DNA of 64,000 bases, taken from NCBI RefSeq assembly GCF_054482595.1, contig NZ_CM137008.1; one strand, written 5' to 3'. Made by a program: the position numbers and the translations under genes. Below the pieces are notes generated by a model. The model saw nothing but the letters and a program-made list of their open reading frames with translations, had not been told where the DNA came from and did no database searches. Of the stretch, positions 12,924 to 22,922 are shown piece after piece; position 1 is the first letter of the stretch; the number at the start of each line of letters is the position of its first letter.

Positions 12924-13387
12924 CAGGACGCTCCTTGTTGAAACAGGGTGGTAAGTTCTTCCGCGGTCGGCTGGAAGGTGTTAATGCGGCCCGTCGCCTC
13001 GCCGTCGTTGATGCTGCACTCAAAACTGCCGAAGCGATCGTCCTGCATCAGCAGTTTGACGGTAATGGTCAGCGTCTGGCCTGCGGGCAGAATGCCAGCG
13101 GCGCAAAGCAATTCACGCGCGCCCAGTATCATCCCTAACTCAATACTGTTTTTGCCCTGCTGGTGGCGATGCCAGCCAGACCAGACGCCGACGGTTTGCG
13201 CCATCAGTTCAAGGGCAAACCAGCCAGGGAGATTGCCGTCCGGGTCGAGAAACGGTGCCAGTACGCCACTGGGCGAAACCGTCACGCGGCACACCGCGCT
13301 GTCATCGCTGACGCTCACCACGTCTTCCAGCAGTAACATGGGCGCGTCGTGGGGCAGATAAGCGCCGGGGGATAAATAGTGGCTCAC
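12923..13387 (-). CDS. apeP: Hotdog-fold 3-hydroxyacyl-ACP dehydratase
   Basis: 154-aa hotdog-fold protein; partners with the second dehydratase (apeI) in APE clusters. Confidence 0.75.
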   Translation of the reverse strand: MSHYLSPGAYLPHDAPMLLLEDVVSVSDDSAVCRVTVSPSGVLAPFLDPDGNLPGWFALELMAQTVGVWSGWHRHQQGKNSIELGMILGARELLCAAGILPAGQTLTITVKLLMQDDRFGSFECSINDGEATGRINTFQPTAEELTTLFQQGAS

Positions 13388-14562
13388 GAAACCCTCCCGA
13401 GCAGAATGCTGGCGTTATTGCCGCCAAAGGCGAAGGAATTGGACAGGATCACCGGACGTGCCAGCGGCTGCGGTTTTTCGATAATGCCGCAGGGTGGCAG
13501 CGTGGGATCGCGTGGCGACAGGCTGAAATCTTGGGCGGGCAGCGGTAAATCACGCTGTAAGATCAACATACTGATTGCTGCTTCGGTAATGCCCGCCGCG
13601 CCCAGCGTGTGGCCGGTCAAATGTTTGGTGGAGCTGCACGGTACGCGTTCGCCAAACAGGGCGTTAACCACCATCGATTCAATCTGGTCGTTGAGTTGCG
13701 TGGCGGTGCCGTGCAGGTTGATATAGCCGACGTCATCTGGCGTAAGCTGCGCATCGGTCAGTGCCTGATTAATGGCGCGGATCGCCCCTTCGCCCTGCGG
13801 ATGCGGGGCCGAAATATGGTAAGCGTCACTCGATTCACCAACGCCCAGCAATGCGATGGGCTGCGGTTCGCGGGTTAATAACATCAGCCCCGCGCCTTCG
13901 CCAATGGTGATACCTGCGCGGTCACGACCGAACGGCTGACATAAAGTTGGCGAGAGCGATTCGAGGCTGTGAAAACCGTTAATCGGCATCCGGCTCAGGG
14001 TGTCTGCGCCACCCACAATGGCGGCATCGACCAGCCCCGTCTCGATAAGCCTGCGCCCGCTGATCATCGCTCTGGCGCTGGAGGAGCAGGCGGTTGAAAG
14101 GGTATAGGCCGGGCCGTCGAGCGCCAGCCAGTGGCTGAGAAAACGCGACGGATCGCCAAGTTCCTGTTGTGCGTAGTGCCATGTGGTGCTCGGCAGCCCG
14201 TGGGTGCGCAGGTTAACGTGCGTGTCGCCTTCATGCAGGCCGGAGGTGCTGGTGCCAAGTACAATCGCGATGCGCTCGCGACCATATTTCGCTATAGCGT
14301 CATCAACCTGCGGCTGGAGCTGCGCCAGCGCCGCCAGCAGGATCTGATTGTTGCGCGAGCGATGCGCAGCGAATTTTTCCGGGATAAGCGGAAGCTCGCC
14401 ATCCACGCCAGCCAGGACCGCCTGCGGATGCCCCTGCAACCAGCCTGCGCGTGGGCGCATTCCGGGGGCGACACCGCGAGCCAGGTTGGCTGCGATTTCG
14501 TCAAGATTATTTCCCAGGGCGTTGATCATGCCGACGGCGGAAATATAAATCATATCAGTCAC
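13384..14562 (-). CDS. apeO: Beta-ketoacyl-ACP synthase (APE cluster KS)
   Basis: 392-aa KS-family protein with conserved Cys (LSTACSSSARA) and C-terminal SNSFAFGGNNA. Confidence 0.85.
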   Translation of the reverse strand: MTDMIYISAVGMINALGNNLDEIAANLARGVAPGMRPRAGWLQGHPQAVLAGVDGELPLIPEKFAAHRSRNNQILLAALAQLQPQVDDAIAKYGRERIAIVLGTSTSGLHEGDTHVNLRTHGLPSTTWHYAQQELGDPSRFLSHWLALDGPAYTLSTACSSSARAMISGRRLIETGLVDAAIVGGADTLSRMPINGFHSLESLSPTLCQPFGRDRAGITIGEGAGLMLLTREPQPIALLGVGESSDAYHISAPHPQGEGAIRAINQALTDAQLTPDDVGYINLHGTATQLNDQIESMVVNALFGERVPCSSTKHLTGHTLGAAGITEAAISMLILQRDLPLPAQDFSLSPRDPTLPPCGIIEKPQPLARPVILSNSFAFGGNNASILLGRVS

Positions 14563-15139
14563 CTAAGTATTGAATGGTGATGTGGTATTTAAAGACATGC
14601 TGTTCAATGCTGATTGGCACGCGTTTGCCCTTGCGATTCAGATAGGTGATTTCCGTGACCAGCTTGCCGCTGGCGTTACGCAGCTCGCGTTTGTCACCGT
14701 TGTCGCGAAGTGTCCAGCCAGTGGGAAGTTGCGGTTGCCAGGCGCTAATCGGCCAGTGGCTGAGCATTACGTCAGCCAGCACCTGACTTGCGGGCGGCAA
14801 CTGTGGGACGACGATGGATTGCTCGGCGCGTAGCCCTTGCGCATCGTAGGTCAACAGAAACAGGCGAATGCCGACCGACGACAGCCCGGCAAGGGTGATT
14901 TTCTGGTCGTCGGCGTTAAGCATCACTAACAGCGACTGGGTTTTGCCGTTGAAGCTGCCGGTCAACAGTTGCTGGGAATTGACGGCGGGTGAAATCCCTG
15001 GTGCCGGCAGCGTGATGCGCGTGCCAGGTTGCAGCCACGCCTGCGGGCGGCCTTCCTGTTCCGGTTGCGAGTGGCTACAGCCGGTGAGGATAAGCGTAGC
15101 GGTCAGGGCGAGCGCTCGCCAGAATGTGGGTTTGATCAT
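14555..15139 (-). CDS. apeN: Lipoprotein, APE-cluster associated
   Basis: Signal peptide with lipobox LTGC; conserved position between the KS and MMPL genes. Confidence 0.7.
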   Translation of the reverse strand: MIKPTFWRALALTATLILTGCSHSQPEQEGRPQAWLQPGTRITLPAPGISPAVNSQQLLTGSFNGKTQSLLVMLNADDQKITLAGLSSVGIRLFLLTYDAQGLRAEQSIVVPQLPPASQVLADVMLSHWPISAWQPQLPTGWTLRDNGDKRELRNASGKLVTEITYLNRKGKRVPISIEQHVFKYHITIQYLGD

Positions 15140-17454
15140 TTTTTTGTTCTCTTTTTATCGGGCATCGCCAGCGGCGAAAGCAGGAAGGCGGTGAAAATAC
15201 CGCTCACCAGCACAATGCCAAAACTGCTGATGGCCTGGGTGGCGCTGAATACCAGCATTCCCAGCGTCAGCAAGGTGGTGAGCATTGCCAGCGTGATCGC
15301 CAGTAGCGAAGTTAATGGTGTACCGCGCGGATTACTGAAAAACAGCGTGTAGTTGATGCCGATGCCAAGCACCAGCACCAGCGCCAGCAGCGAAAAGAGA
15401 TTCACCGCCTGCCCGCTCATCGCCAGCACCGCCAGACCACAACCCAGCGAAAGCACCGAAGGTACAAGGCTGATAAGCCCTTTGCGCCAGCCGAGACGGG
15501 CCACTGCGCCGCAGGCAATCACCGCCAGCGCCACCAGCAACAAGCCGGTTAAGACATAACGGTAAAGCGCGAACAACTCATCAAAGGTGCTTTTGCGATC
15601 AACCCAGGCAATGCCGCAAGGGTAATATGTGGCGATTTCCTGCATCAACGCGCTACTTTTAACCCCTTCAACCGGCACCAGTACGCCGCTTTCGCCGTTT
15701 TCCAGCGTCAGCCACAGCAGACGCCAGCCTTCACTGGCGGGGCTTGCCAGCCATTCATCAACGTTCACTGGCATGGCGTTGAGATCCGGGTTCACTGCCG
15801 TCAGCCCGGCATTTTGCAGCGCTTTTGTTACTGTCGGGGCCGCCGTTTTCAGCAGTTGTAAATCTTCCTCCTGCCGCGCAAGGGAGTTCAGCGGAATGGT
15901 GCGGTAGTTGCTGATAAGCCCCTCTTTTTTCGCATACTCAAGTGAGGCGGTATATTTCTCCAGTCGCCGCAATGTTTGCTGTGGCGAATCGCCGTAAACC
16001 ACAAACCATTTTTGATCGACGCTTTGTCCGGTCAGGGCGGTAATGGCTTTCTCCTGGGTCAGAATATGCTGCGGCAGCGCCTGTAACTGCGAGATATCGT
16101 CATCGACGCGCAGCATTGACATCCCCGCCAGCGAAAACAGCGCCAGCGCGACGGGCAGACCCAGCGACAGTTTTTTATTGCGCCGCCACGCTGCCAGCCA
16201 GCGCAGCATCAGCGCCATCGCCGGAACCGGACGCACCGGCAGGCCACGGCACAGCCACGGATGCCAGAACAGGACGGTCAGACAGGAGGCGCTCAACCCG
16301 ACGGCGGCAAAAATCGCCATCTGGCGAATGCCGGGGAAGGGGGCGAGCATCATAATCAGATATGCCGCCACGGTGGTGAGCAGCGCCAGCAGCAGGGCAT
16401 TGCGTACTTTCGCCAGGCTTTGCCACGGCGAAACGTCGTTGCCGTGCACCATCCGCTCGGTGAGATAATAGAGCGTGTAGTCAGCGGAAATGCCGATAAC
16501 GCTCATGCTCATCACCAGCGTCATCAGGTGTAATTCACCGAAAATCAATAAAGTGGCGACCGTTCCCGCCAGCGCGCCGATGCCGATGGAAATCACGCAA
16601 AGCAGCAACGGGCGCAAAGAGCGGAACACCGCCACAATCAGCAATATCACCCCCAGCAGCGTTGCCACGCCCAGGGTTGAGATATCCTGCTTCGCCTGTT
16701 GGCTGGCGTAATCGCTGTAAAACACCGTGCCGCGCGAAAGCAGCTGCGCCTGCGGGTAACGCGTTTTCAGATCCTTTTCCAGCGTATTCAGGGTCGTGAT
16801 GAGCTGGTGGGTTTGCTGCATATCAAACGACGATCCCGCCAGTTCACCGTGCAGCAGATACCAGTAGTTGCCCTGGGGATCCTGCGTCACCAGCCAGCCG
16901 TCCATCAGCCGCAAACGCTGGCCGTTTTTCGCCATCGCCAGCTGCGAGCCGCGCATTAACATCAGCGGATCGTTTTGCAGCTCCTTGCCGCTTACCCCGG
17001 AGAACGCAGAATAAAGCTGGGAGAGGATCCACTGCGCCTGCGCTTCGCCGCCGTTTTGCAGGCGCGCGCGGGTGTCGGGGTCAATCAGGCCGTTGCGGTG
17101 CTGCCAGAAAAACGCTCCCCACGCTTGCTGGCTGGCGGCATCCATTGGCCCTTTAACGTCGCCGAGCGCAGCGGATTTTTGCAGCAGCGTCAGCCACTCC
17201 TGAGCGACCCTGGGATTAGCCTCTTTACCGGGGCTGACCAGCCACACCAGTTGGCGGTCCAGACGCTGCATAAAGCCGTCATTCAGCGCTGGGGGAATAT
17301 CGCCCATAGCCTGTTTGGGTAACATAGCCAGCACGCTACTGTTCAGCCGTGATTGCGGCAGCAGGATCAGCAACGCCGCCGCCATGACCAGGCAGACTAG
17401 CCCCCATAACAGCGCGGGGCGTTTACTGGGCGGCAAAACGTTGGCGTTCGTCAT
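15136..17454 (-). CDS. apeM: MMPL/RND-family membrane exporter
   Basis: 772-aa protein with two hydrophobic bundles separated by periplasmic domains, typical of MMPL transporters. Confidence 0.8.
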   Translation of the reverse strand: MTNANVLPPSKRPALLWGLVCLVMAAALLILLPQSRLNSSVLAMLPKQAMGDIPPALNDGFMQRLDRQLVWLVSPGKEANPRVAQEWLTLLQKSAALGDVKGPMDAASQQAWGAFFWQHRNGLIDPDTRARLQNGGEAQAQWILSQLYSAFSGVSGKELQNDPLMLMRGSQLAMAKNGQRLRLMDGWLVTQDPQGNYWYLLHGELAGSSFDMQQTHQLITTLNTLEKDLKTRYPQAQLLSRGTVFYSDYASQQAKQDISTLGVATLLGVILLIVAVFRSLRPLLLCVISIGIGALAGTVATLLIFGELHLMTLVMSMSVIGISADYTLYYLTERMVHGNDVSPWQSLAKVRNALLLALLTTVAAYLIMMLAPFPGIRQMAIFAAVGLSASCLTVLFWHPWLCRGLPVRPVPAMALMLRWLAAWRRNKKLSLGLPVALALFSLAGMSMLRVDDDISQLQALPQHILTQEKAITALTGQSVDQKWFVVYGDSPQQTLRRLEKYTASLEYAKKEGLISNYRTIPLNSLARQEEDLQLLKTAAPTVTKALQNAGLTAVNPDLNAMPVNVDEWLASPASEGWRLLWLTLENGESGVLVPVEGVKSSALMQEIATYYPCGIAWVDRKSTFDELFALYRYVLTGLLLVALAVIACGAVARLGWRKGLISLVPSVLSLGCGLAVLAMSGQAVNLFSLLALVLVLGIGINYTLFFSNPRGTPLTSLLAITLAMLTTLLTLGMLVFSATQAISSFGIVLVSGIFTAFLLSPLAMPDKKRTKK

Positions 17455-18028
17455 CGGTCAGTTGCGCTGGCGTCAGTTGATGTTGGGTAAGAGCAATATC
17501 GGTGCGATCGCCCTGTTTATCATTAAGTTGAATGCTCTCCAGATAGGTTTTCCCGGCGAGATCGATGGTGTTGAAAATTTTATCCAGCGGCGTGGTGGTC
17601 GGCGTCAGGCGCAGCGTCCAGCGGCCTTCGCCTTTGTCAGCAAATTCGACGCGGAAGTTTTGTTCCAGCACTTTGCGATCGGCCTGGAACAGCGCGCGCA
17701 GCAGGTGGTTAAACTGGAACATCTGCGGGTTGTTTTCTGCCGTGATGATTTGCGGCGGCTGACCGTTGATCACCTGCACCATGCGTTTATCATCCAGCAA
17801 TAGCTGCATGGGGAACGGTGAGGTTTGATCCCACAATAACCCCTGGTCGCGGGCGATCAACATCTGACCCTGAGATCGCAGCGGCTGCGGCAGATCTTTA
17901 ATCGTCCGGGTTTGATCAAAATGGGCGCGGATCACCGGTTGTTCGGTAAAGCGTTGCTGAAGATCGTCCAGGGTCAGGGCGCTCACAAACGGGCTAATCA
18001 GCAGCGCCAGCAGCGGTAAAAATTTCAT
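17423..18028 (-). CDS. apeL: LolA-like outer-membrane lipoprotein carrier
   Basis: 201-aa secreted protein with signal peptide (MKFLPLLALLISPFVSA) and LolA-fold-like length/composition. Confidence 0.7.
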   Translation of the reverse strand: MKFLPLLALLISPFVSALTLDDLQQRFTEQPVIRAHFDQTRTIKDLPQPLRSQGQMLIARDQGLLWDQTSPFPMQLLLDDKRMVQVINGQPPQIITAENNPQMFQFNHLLRALFQADRKVLEQNFRVEFADKGEGRWTLRLTPTTTPLDKIFNTIDLAGKTYLESIQLNDKQGDRTDIALTQHQLTPAQLTDDERQRFAAQ

Positions 18029-18447
18029 GGTTTGACTCCCATGCGTTCAAACAGAATATCGGGGCTGACAAAGCACAGTTCGCGACTTTGCTCGTCGACC
18101 GCGACCTGAATGGTGTATCCGGTGGTGGCGCGTTTGCCCGTTTCGGCATCGAAAATCTGATAGCCAATCCGCAGACGGTTTTCGAACTCTTCGATATGCG
18201 CACGCACGCGGATGCGTTGCTCAAAGGTGAGGGCGTGGCGATATTTCACCCGCGCATCGACCACTGGCCACAAATAACCGGACTCTTTCATCTGCCGATA
18301 GCCGTAATTGAACTGGTTGAGCAGCGCCTCGCGGGCCACTTCAAAGTAGCGAAAATAGTTACCGTGCCAGGCCACGCCCATCATATCGACGTCGTGAAAG
18401 GGAATGGTCAGCTCGACTTCAGCGGTAAATCGGGGATCGTTAAGCAC
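18025..18447 (-). CDS. apeK: Hotdog-fold acyl thioesterase (4HBT-like)
   Basis: 140-aa protein resembling the YbgC/4-hydroxybenzoyl-CoA thioesterase family. Confidence 0.75.
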   Translation of the reverse strand: MLNDPRFTAEVELTIPFHDVDMMGVAWHGNYFRYFEVAREALLNQFNYGYRQMKESGYLWPVVDARVKYRHALTFEQRIRVRAHIEEFENRLRIGYQIFDAETGKRATTGYTIQVAVDEQSRELCFVSPDILFERMGVKP

Positions 18448-18450
18448 CCT

Positions 18451-20127
18451 TTACTCCTTGTCCTGAATTTCCGGCAGTTGCCAGAAATCGAAAAAATTAA
18501 ACCAGTCGAGGGGCGACTGGAGCGCGTAATGTTCCAGACGCGCGGCGTAGTGGTCGATAGCGTTTTGCAGCGCCTGCTGGCGTTCGCCACGCGGCAGTTG
18601 CAGCGGGTCGGCAAAGCTTTCGCAGTGAATATGCAGCTTGCCGTGCTGGCGTAGGGCGAAAATCAGATTCACTGGGCAGCGCAAAATAGAGGCGAGAATA
18701 AACGGCCCCTGTGGGAAGGGCGCAGGCTGGCCCATAAACGGACTCCAGCAGACGCGCCAGTCGCCGCCGCGTTGCGGGGTGACGGCGATGCGGTCACCGA
18801 CAATCGCCACCCATTCGCCGTTATCCAGCTTCTCTTTCAGCAGGATGGCGGTTTCTGGGCCGATATCTGTTACCGGCATCAGGTTAATGCCTGCCTGAGG
18901 AGCCATCTCCTGCATTATCTGTTTAAAGCGTTGGGCGTTTTCGCTAAACACCAGCGCGTTAATGGTTTTGTAGCCCTGAATTTTTGCCAGCGCCCGGCAC
19001 ACTTCCACATCGCCAAGATGCGAGGCCAGCAGCAATTTGCCGCGCGGATCGCGGACGTCAAGCGCCGCTTCTGCGCCTGGCGCAAACAGCACATCACGCC
19101 CCAGTTGTAGCTCGCCGCGCCAGCTGGCGATTTTGTCGAGCATGGCATTACCGAAACGTAGAAAGTGCTGATAGCTGTTGAGTTTTGCCGCCTGTGGTTG
19201 ATGCTGTCGTACACGGGCGAGCCAGTCTTGCGACGCTTTGCGCGCACGAGAAGCAGTGAGCCAGTAGACGCCCACCACCGGGTAAAGCAGCGCGCTAAAC
19301 GCCGTTCTTCCCAGCAGACGCCAGACCAGCAGCATCAGGCGCATTCCCCATAATCCTTTCACTTCACTCTGCCGCGCCCAGTGGCTGGAAGAGCGGCGCA
19401 TCAGCAGTGAAGGAATACGCGGTAACATGCCGAAAAATAGACGCGTGTGCATGAGCGAGATGCGGACGTTATCTTTCAGGGCATCAAAATGCGAAAGCCC
19501 GTCCAGTGGATAGGTGACGCGGGTCGGCACGAAATAGCTGGTGTTTCCCTGCCAGTAGAGGCGCACCATCACTTCAGTGTCGAAATCCATCCGCTTGCCG
19601 ATGGTGGCGTGTTTTGCCAGTTGCAGCGTTGGCGCAACCGGATAAACGCGAAAGCCGCACATGCTGTCTTTCAGTTGCAGGGAGAGCGTTTCGATCCATA
19701 CCCAGACGTGGGTGACCCAGCGCCCGTAAAGCCGTGAGCGGGGGATGGAGTCATCGTAAATTGGCTGGCCGGAGATCAGCGCCGCAGGGTGTTGTTCAGC
19801 GACTGCCAGCAGTTTGGGGATATCTTCAATCGCATGTTGACCGTCAGCATCCACCTGCACTGCATGGCTGAACCCTGCGTCTGCCGCTGCCTGTAAGCCA
19901 CGCATCACTGCCGCGCCTTTACCTGCGTTTTCTGCTAAGCGAATTAAGGTCACGCCAGGCTGTTCGCTAACCAGATTATCCAGTTGCTGTTGCGTGGCGG
20001 CATCGCTGCCGTCGTCCACCACAATACAGGGGAGATTAAATGGCTTAAGACGCGCCAGCACGCCCGGCATCATCGCGCCGTGGTTATAGCAGGGGATCAA
20101 CACGCAGGGAGAAAAGTTTACCGACAT
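18451..20127 (-). CDS. apeJ: Fusion of family-2 glycosyltransferase and LpxL/HtrB-like lipid acyltransferase
   Basis: N-terminus has the GT2 signature (IPCYN...VVDDGSD); C-terminal half resembles lauroyl/myristoyl lipid A acyltransferases. Confidence 0.75.
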   Translation of the reverse strand: MSVNFSPCVLIPCYNHGAMMPGVLARLKPFNLPCIVVDDGSDAATQQQLDNLVSEQPGVTLIRLAENAGKGAAVMRGLQAAADAGFSHAVQVDADGQHAIEDIPKLLAVAEQHPAALISGQPIYDDSIPRSRLYGRWVTHVWVWIETLSLQLKDSMCGFRVYPVAPTLQLAKHATIGKRMDFDTEVMVRLYWQGNTSYFVPTRVTYPLDGLSHFDALKDNVRISLMHTRLFFGMLPRIPSLLMRRSSSHWARQSEVKGLWGMRLMLLVWRLLGRTAFSALLYPVVGVYWLTASRARKASQDWLARVRQHQPQAAKLNSYQHFLRFGNAMLDKIASWRGELQLGRDVLFAPGAEAALDVRDPRGKLLLASHLGDVEVCRALAKIQGYKTINALVFSENAQRFKQIMQEMAPQAGINLMPVTDIGPETAILLKEKLDNGEWVAIVGDRIAVTPQRGGDWRVCWSPFMGQPAPFPQGPFILASILRCPVNLIFALRQHGKLHIHCESFADPLQLPRGERQQALQNAIDHYAARLEHYALQSPLDWFNFFDFWQLPEIQDKE

Positions 20128-20471
20128 AGGCGGATCTTCCCGCTACTGGCGGTGTGGCGGGCGTCACCGTCGTGACGCTGATAGCTAAAGCTCAGAATCT
20201 GGCGTTCTTCCTGCCAGTTAAGCGCGAGCGTGACGCGGTTTTCCGGCAGCAACGGAGACTGGAATTTTATGTTCTGAATGGAGTGAAAACGCCAGCCAGG
20301 CGCGAGCAGATTGAGCGCGTAGCTCATCGCCCAGTCGATTTGCGCAACTCCTGGGAGTAATGGTTGCACGGCAAAATGACCGCGAAACCAGAACAGATCC
20401 GCCCTGAGATGCAGAACAATTTCAAGGTGATTCGTTTGTGCCTGATGGCGCTCGATTTCATGGGGCTTCAT
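20118..20471 (-). CDS. apeI: Hotdog-fold dehydratase (FabA/FabZ-like)
   Basis: FabZ-like core (FRGHFAVQPLLPGV); start placed at ATG 20471 (MKPHEIERH) with AGGAG 7 nt upstream; the ORF track begins at a GTG 30 nt further upstream. Confidence 0.75.
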   Translation of the reverse strand: MKPHEIERHQAQTNHLEIVLHLRADLFWFRGHFAVQPLLPGVAQIDWAMSYALNLLAPGWRFHSIQNIKFQSPLLPENRVTLALNWQEERQILSFSYQRHDGDARHTASSGKIRLCR

Positions 20472-21819
20472 GAAATAACTCCTGTAATTGCGCATAGACA
20501 CGCTTGTTCATACTGTTTACTGGCATTTCATCAATAACGCGCCAGTAACGCGGAATAGCAACTGGCTCCAGCGTCGGGCGCAGTAAACGCCGCCAGGTCA
20601 TTTCCTGGCTATGCCCGCCGCCGTTCTGCCATTGCAGATGAGCTTCGTCATCCAGCACCAGCAAAACGCCTATGCTCTGACGCCCGCCGCGCGTAACGGG
20701 AACTGCCGCCGCCTCGCGAATGCCGTCCAGCGCCAGTAGACGTTGTTCTACTTCCTGGAGTGAAATACGTTTTTCTTCAATCTTAACGATGCGCCCACGA
20801 CGCCCCATCAGATGGAACTGACCATCTTCGCTAAGCTGTAAGATATCGTCGAGTAACAGGCCGTTATCTTCCGCTATCAGCGGTGAAAAGAGGCGAAAGG
20901 CATCGCCTTCGGCTTGGAACTGCATACCTGGGAGGGGTAGCCAGCGGCGTTGCTCTTGTTCGCGGTAACGCCAGGCGATGACGCCGGTTTCCGTGCTGCC
21001 GTAGATTTCATCAGGCCAGACGCGCAGCCAGCTTGCGGTGTGTTGTACATCCTGCCACGGCAGCTCACCGCCAGCAGAGAGAAGCACCTGAACGGGTGGC
21101 GGAGAAAGCTGGGTATCCAGGCGCTTCAAAAATGCCGGGCTGCTGATGAAGATATAGCGATGCTGATGACTCAACGCGGCAAACTGTTCGACATACCAGA
21201 GCATGGCGGCGTGCAGCGGTAATCCCAACGCCATGGGCAGGAAAACACGAAAAGTCAGGCCGTACAAATGCTGCGGCAATACGGAACCGACGACACGACA
21301 ACCCGCCAGACGTGCGCCTAATCGTTCAGCCAGCAGTTCTGCTTCACGATCCAGCAAATGAACAGGTTTAATCACCCGTTTCGGCTGTCCCGTGGAACCG
21401 GAGGTAAACAGCTCGATAAAAGCCTCTGGCGCTATAGCGGCAAAGGTGAAGGATTGTGTCGCGACTTGTGGGGAACTTGCTACCAACAGCCATGAACCTT
21501 GCCAGTTAAGTTCGCTGTCGCTAAGCACACCATCGAACAGTTCACGTTGCTCGTTAAGCTGGATGACACGGTTATGCCCCGGAAGCACCGGTGTTTTTCC
21601 GGCGTGTAGCGTGGCGAGCAGGGCAACGATAAACAGATAGCTGTTCTCAAAGCACAGCGCCCAGCGTTCACCCGGCTGTTGCTGCAAGCGGCAGATAAGT
21701 TGCGCGACATCGTGACGCAAATCGCCCAGCGTCCAGGTGCTTTCGTCCAGCCACGCAATGGGCGTGTCATCAGGGCGTGGCGCAGTCAGCCAGCGTGCAA
21801 GCGGTAAGGTCTGCTTCAT
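20458..21819 (-). CDS. apeH: AMP-dependent acyl/aryl-ACP ligase (adenylating starter-unit enzyme)
   Basis: ANL-superfamily motifs (TSGSTGQPK, YGSTETG); start placed at ATG 21819 forming an ATGA overlap with the upstream gene. Confidence 0.8.
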   Translation of the reverse strand: MKQTLPLARWLTAPRPDDTPIAWLDESTWTLGDLRHDVAQLICRLQQQPGERWALCFENSYLFIVALLATLHAGKTPVLPGHNRVIQLNEQRELFDGVLSDSELNWQGSWLLVASSPQVATQSFTFAAIAPEAFIELFTSGSTGQPKRVIKPVHLLDREAELLAERLGARLAGCRVVGSVLPQHLYGLTFRVFLPMALGLPLHAAMLWYVEQFAALSHQHRYIFISSPAFLKRLDTQLSPPPVQVLLSAGGELPWQDVQHTASWLRVWPDEIYGSTETGVIAWRYREQEQRRWLPLPGMQFQAEGDAFRLFSPLIAEDNGLLLDDILQLSEDGQFHLMGRRGRIVKIEEKRISLQEVEQRLLALDGIREAAAVPVTRGGRQSIGVLLVLDDEAHLQWQNGGGHSQEMTWRRLLRPTLEPVAIPRYWRVIDEMPVNSMNKRVYAQLQELFHEAP

Positions 21820-22397
21820 GCGCGATCTCTTTTCATCACCTGACGGCGCACCAGCCATTCACCAGCCATTAATGTTCCCATCAACAAATAAGCAATCATG
21901 CCGTTCCAGGCGGTCCATAACGACATATCGGCATAAAGCGCGGTAAAGAGGGCAATTCCACCGTTAATGATGAAAAAGCCGCACCAGATTTGCGTGACGT
22001 GGCGGGTATAGCGCACGCCCTTTTCCGGGAGGTCTGGCTCCTGCAACCGCGCCAGCCGCTCAACTATCGGCATTGCCGACCACAGCGAACCGCCAAAAAC
22101 CGCCAGCATGACCGCGTTAACCACTACCGGGTAAAACAGCAGTAGCTGGTGCGTTTTCAACATAAAGCTGGCGACACATAATGCGATGCCCACGACAGCG
22201 ACGAGTTGCGTGACGGCTTGTAAAGGCCCCGCCTGGCGACGGGTCTGGCGCAGACGCAACAAAAGCAGCAACGCCATTAGCGGTAACAGCCAGTGCAGGC
22301 CGTTATGCGCTAAGCCAAACCAAATCACAAACGGCCAGGCGAGCAGCAATAATCCAGTCAGCAGCTTAATCATCGGTAGCGAGCGAATGCCCGACAT
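21816..22397 (-). CDS. apeG: Integral membrane protein, APE-cluster associated
   Basis: 193-aa hydrophobic protein with several predicted TM helices; conserved position. Confidence 0.6.
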   Translation of the reverse strand: MSGIRSLPMIKLLTGLLLLAWPFVIWFGLAHNGLHWLLPLMALLLLLRLRQTRRQAGPLQAVTQLVAVVGIALCVASFMLKTHQLLLFYPVVVNAVMLAVFGGSLWSAMPIVERLARLQEPDLPEKGVRYTRHVTQIWCGFFIINGGIALFTALYADMSLWTAWNGMIAYLLMGTLMAGEWLVRRQVMKRDRA

Positions 22398-22401
22398 CAG
22401 A

Positions 22402-22653
22402 TCAGGCTTCTTGTAGCAGGCGTTCTACAGCCTCGACGACATCCTGGACTGTACGCACGGCTTTAAACTCTTCCGGCTTGATTTTCTTACCGGTTTTCTT
22501 TTGCAGGTGCACAATCATGTCAACGGCGTCGATGCTGTCCAGTTCCAGATCTTCGTACAGGCGCGCTTCAGGTTTGATGTCCTGCGGATCGATTTCAAAC
22601 AGCTTAACCAGCAGGGCTGAGACTTCCTGATAGACGGTTTGTTGTTCTGTCAT
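22402..22653 (-). CDS. apeF: Acyl carrier protein
   Basis: 83-aa acidic protein with phosphopantetheine attachment motif LELDSIDAVDM. Confidence 0.85.
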   Translation of the reverse strand: MTEQQTVYQEVSALLVKLFEIDPQDIKPEARLYEDLELDSIDAVDMIVHLQKKTGKKIKPEEFKAVRTVQDVVEAVERLLQEA

Positions 22654-22664
22654 GATGGCTTTCC

Positions 22665-22922
22665 TCAGGCACGTTGCGCAGCAATGAAAGAGGCCAGAGT
22701 GGCGACGGAGAAAAAGTGCTGACGCATCTCTTCGCTTTCCGCAGAGAGCACGATGCCGTACTCATTTTTTACTGCCAGTCCCAGTTCCAGGGCATCGATA
22801 GAGTCCAGCCCTAAACCGTCGCCAAACAGCGGCGCGTCGGTATCGATATCATCAGGCGTCAACTCGTCCAGATTGAGGGTGCTGATGATGAGGTTTTTAA
22901 TTTCCAGATAAAGCGCTTGCAT
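22665..22922 (-). CDS. apeE: Acyl carrier protein
   Basis: 85-aa protein with attachment motif LGLDSIDALEL; tandem with a second ACP. Confidence 0.85.
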   Translation of the reverse strand: MQALYLEIKNLIISTLNLDELTPDDIDTDAPLFGDGLGLDSIDALELGLAVKNEYGIVLSAESEEMRQHFFSVATLASFIAAQRA

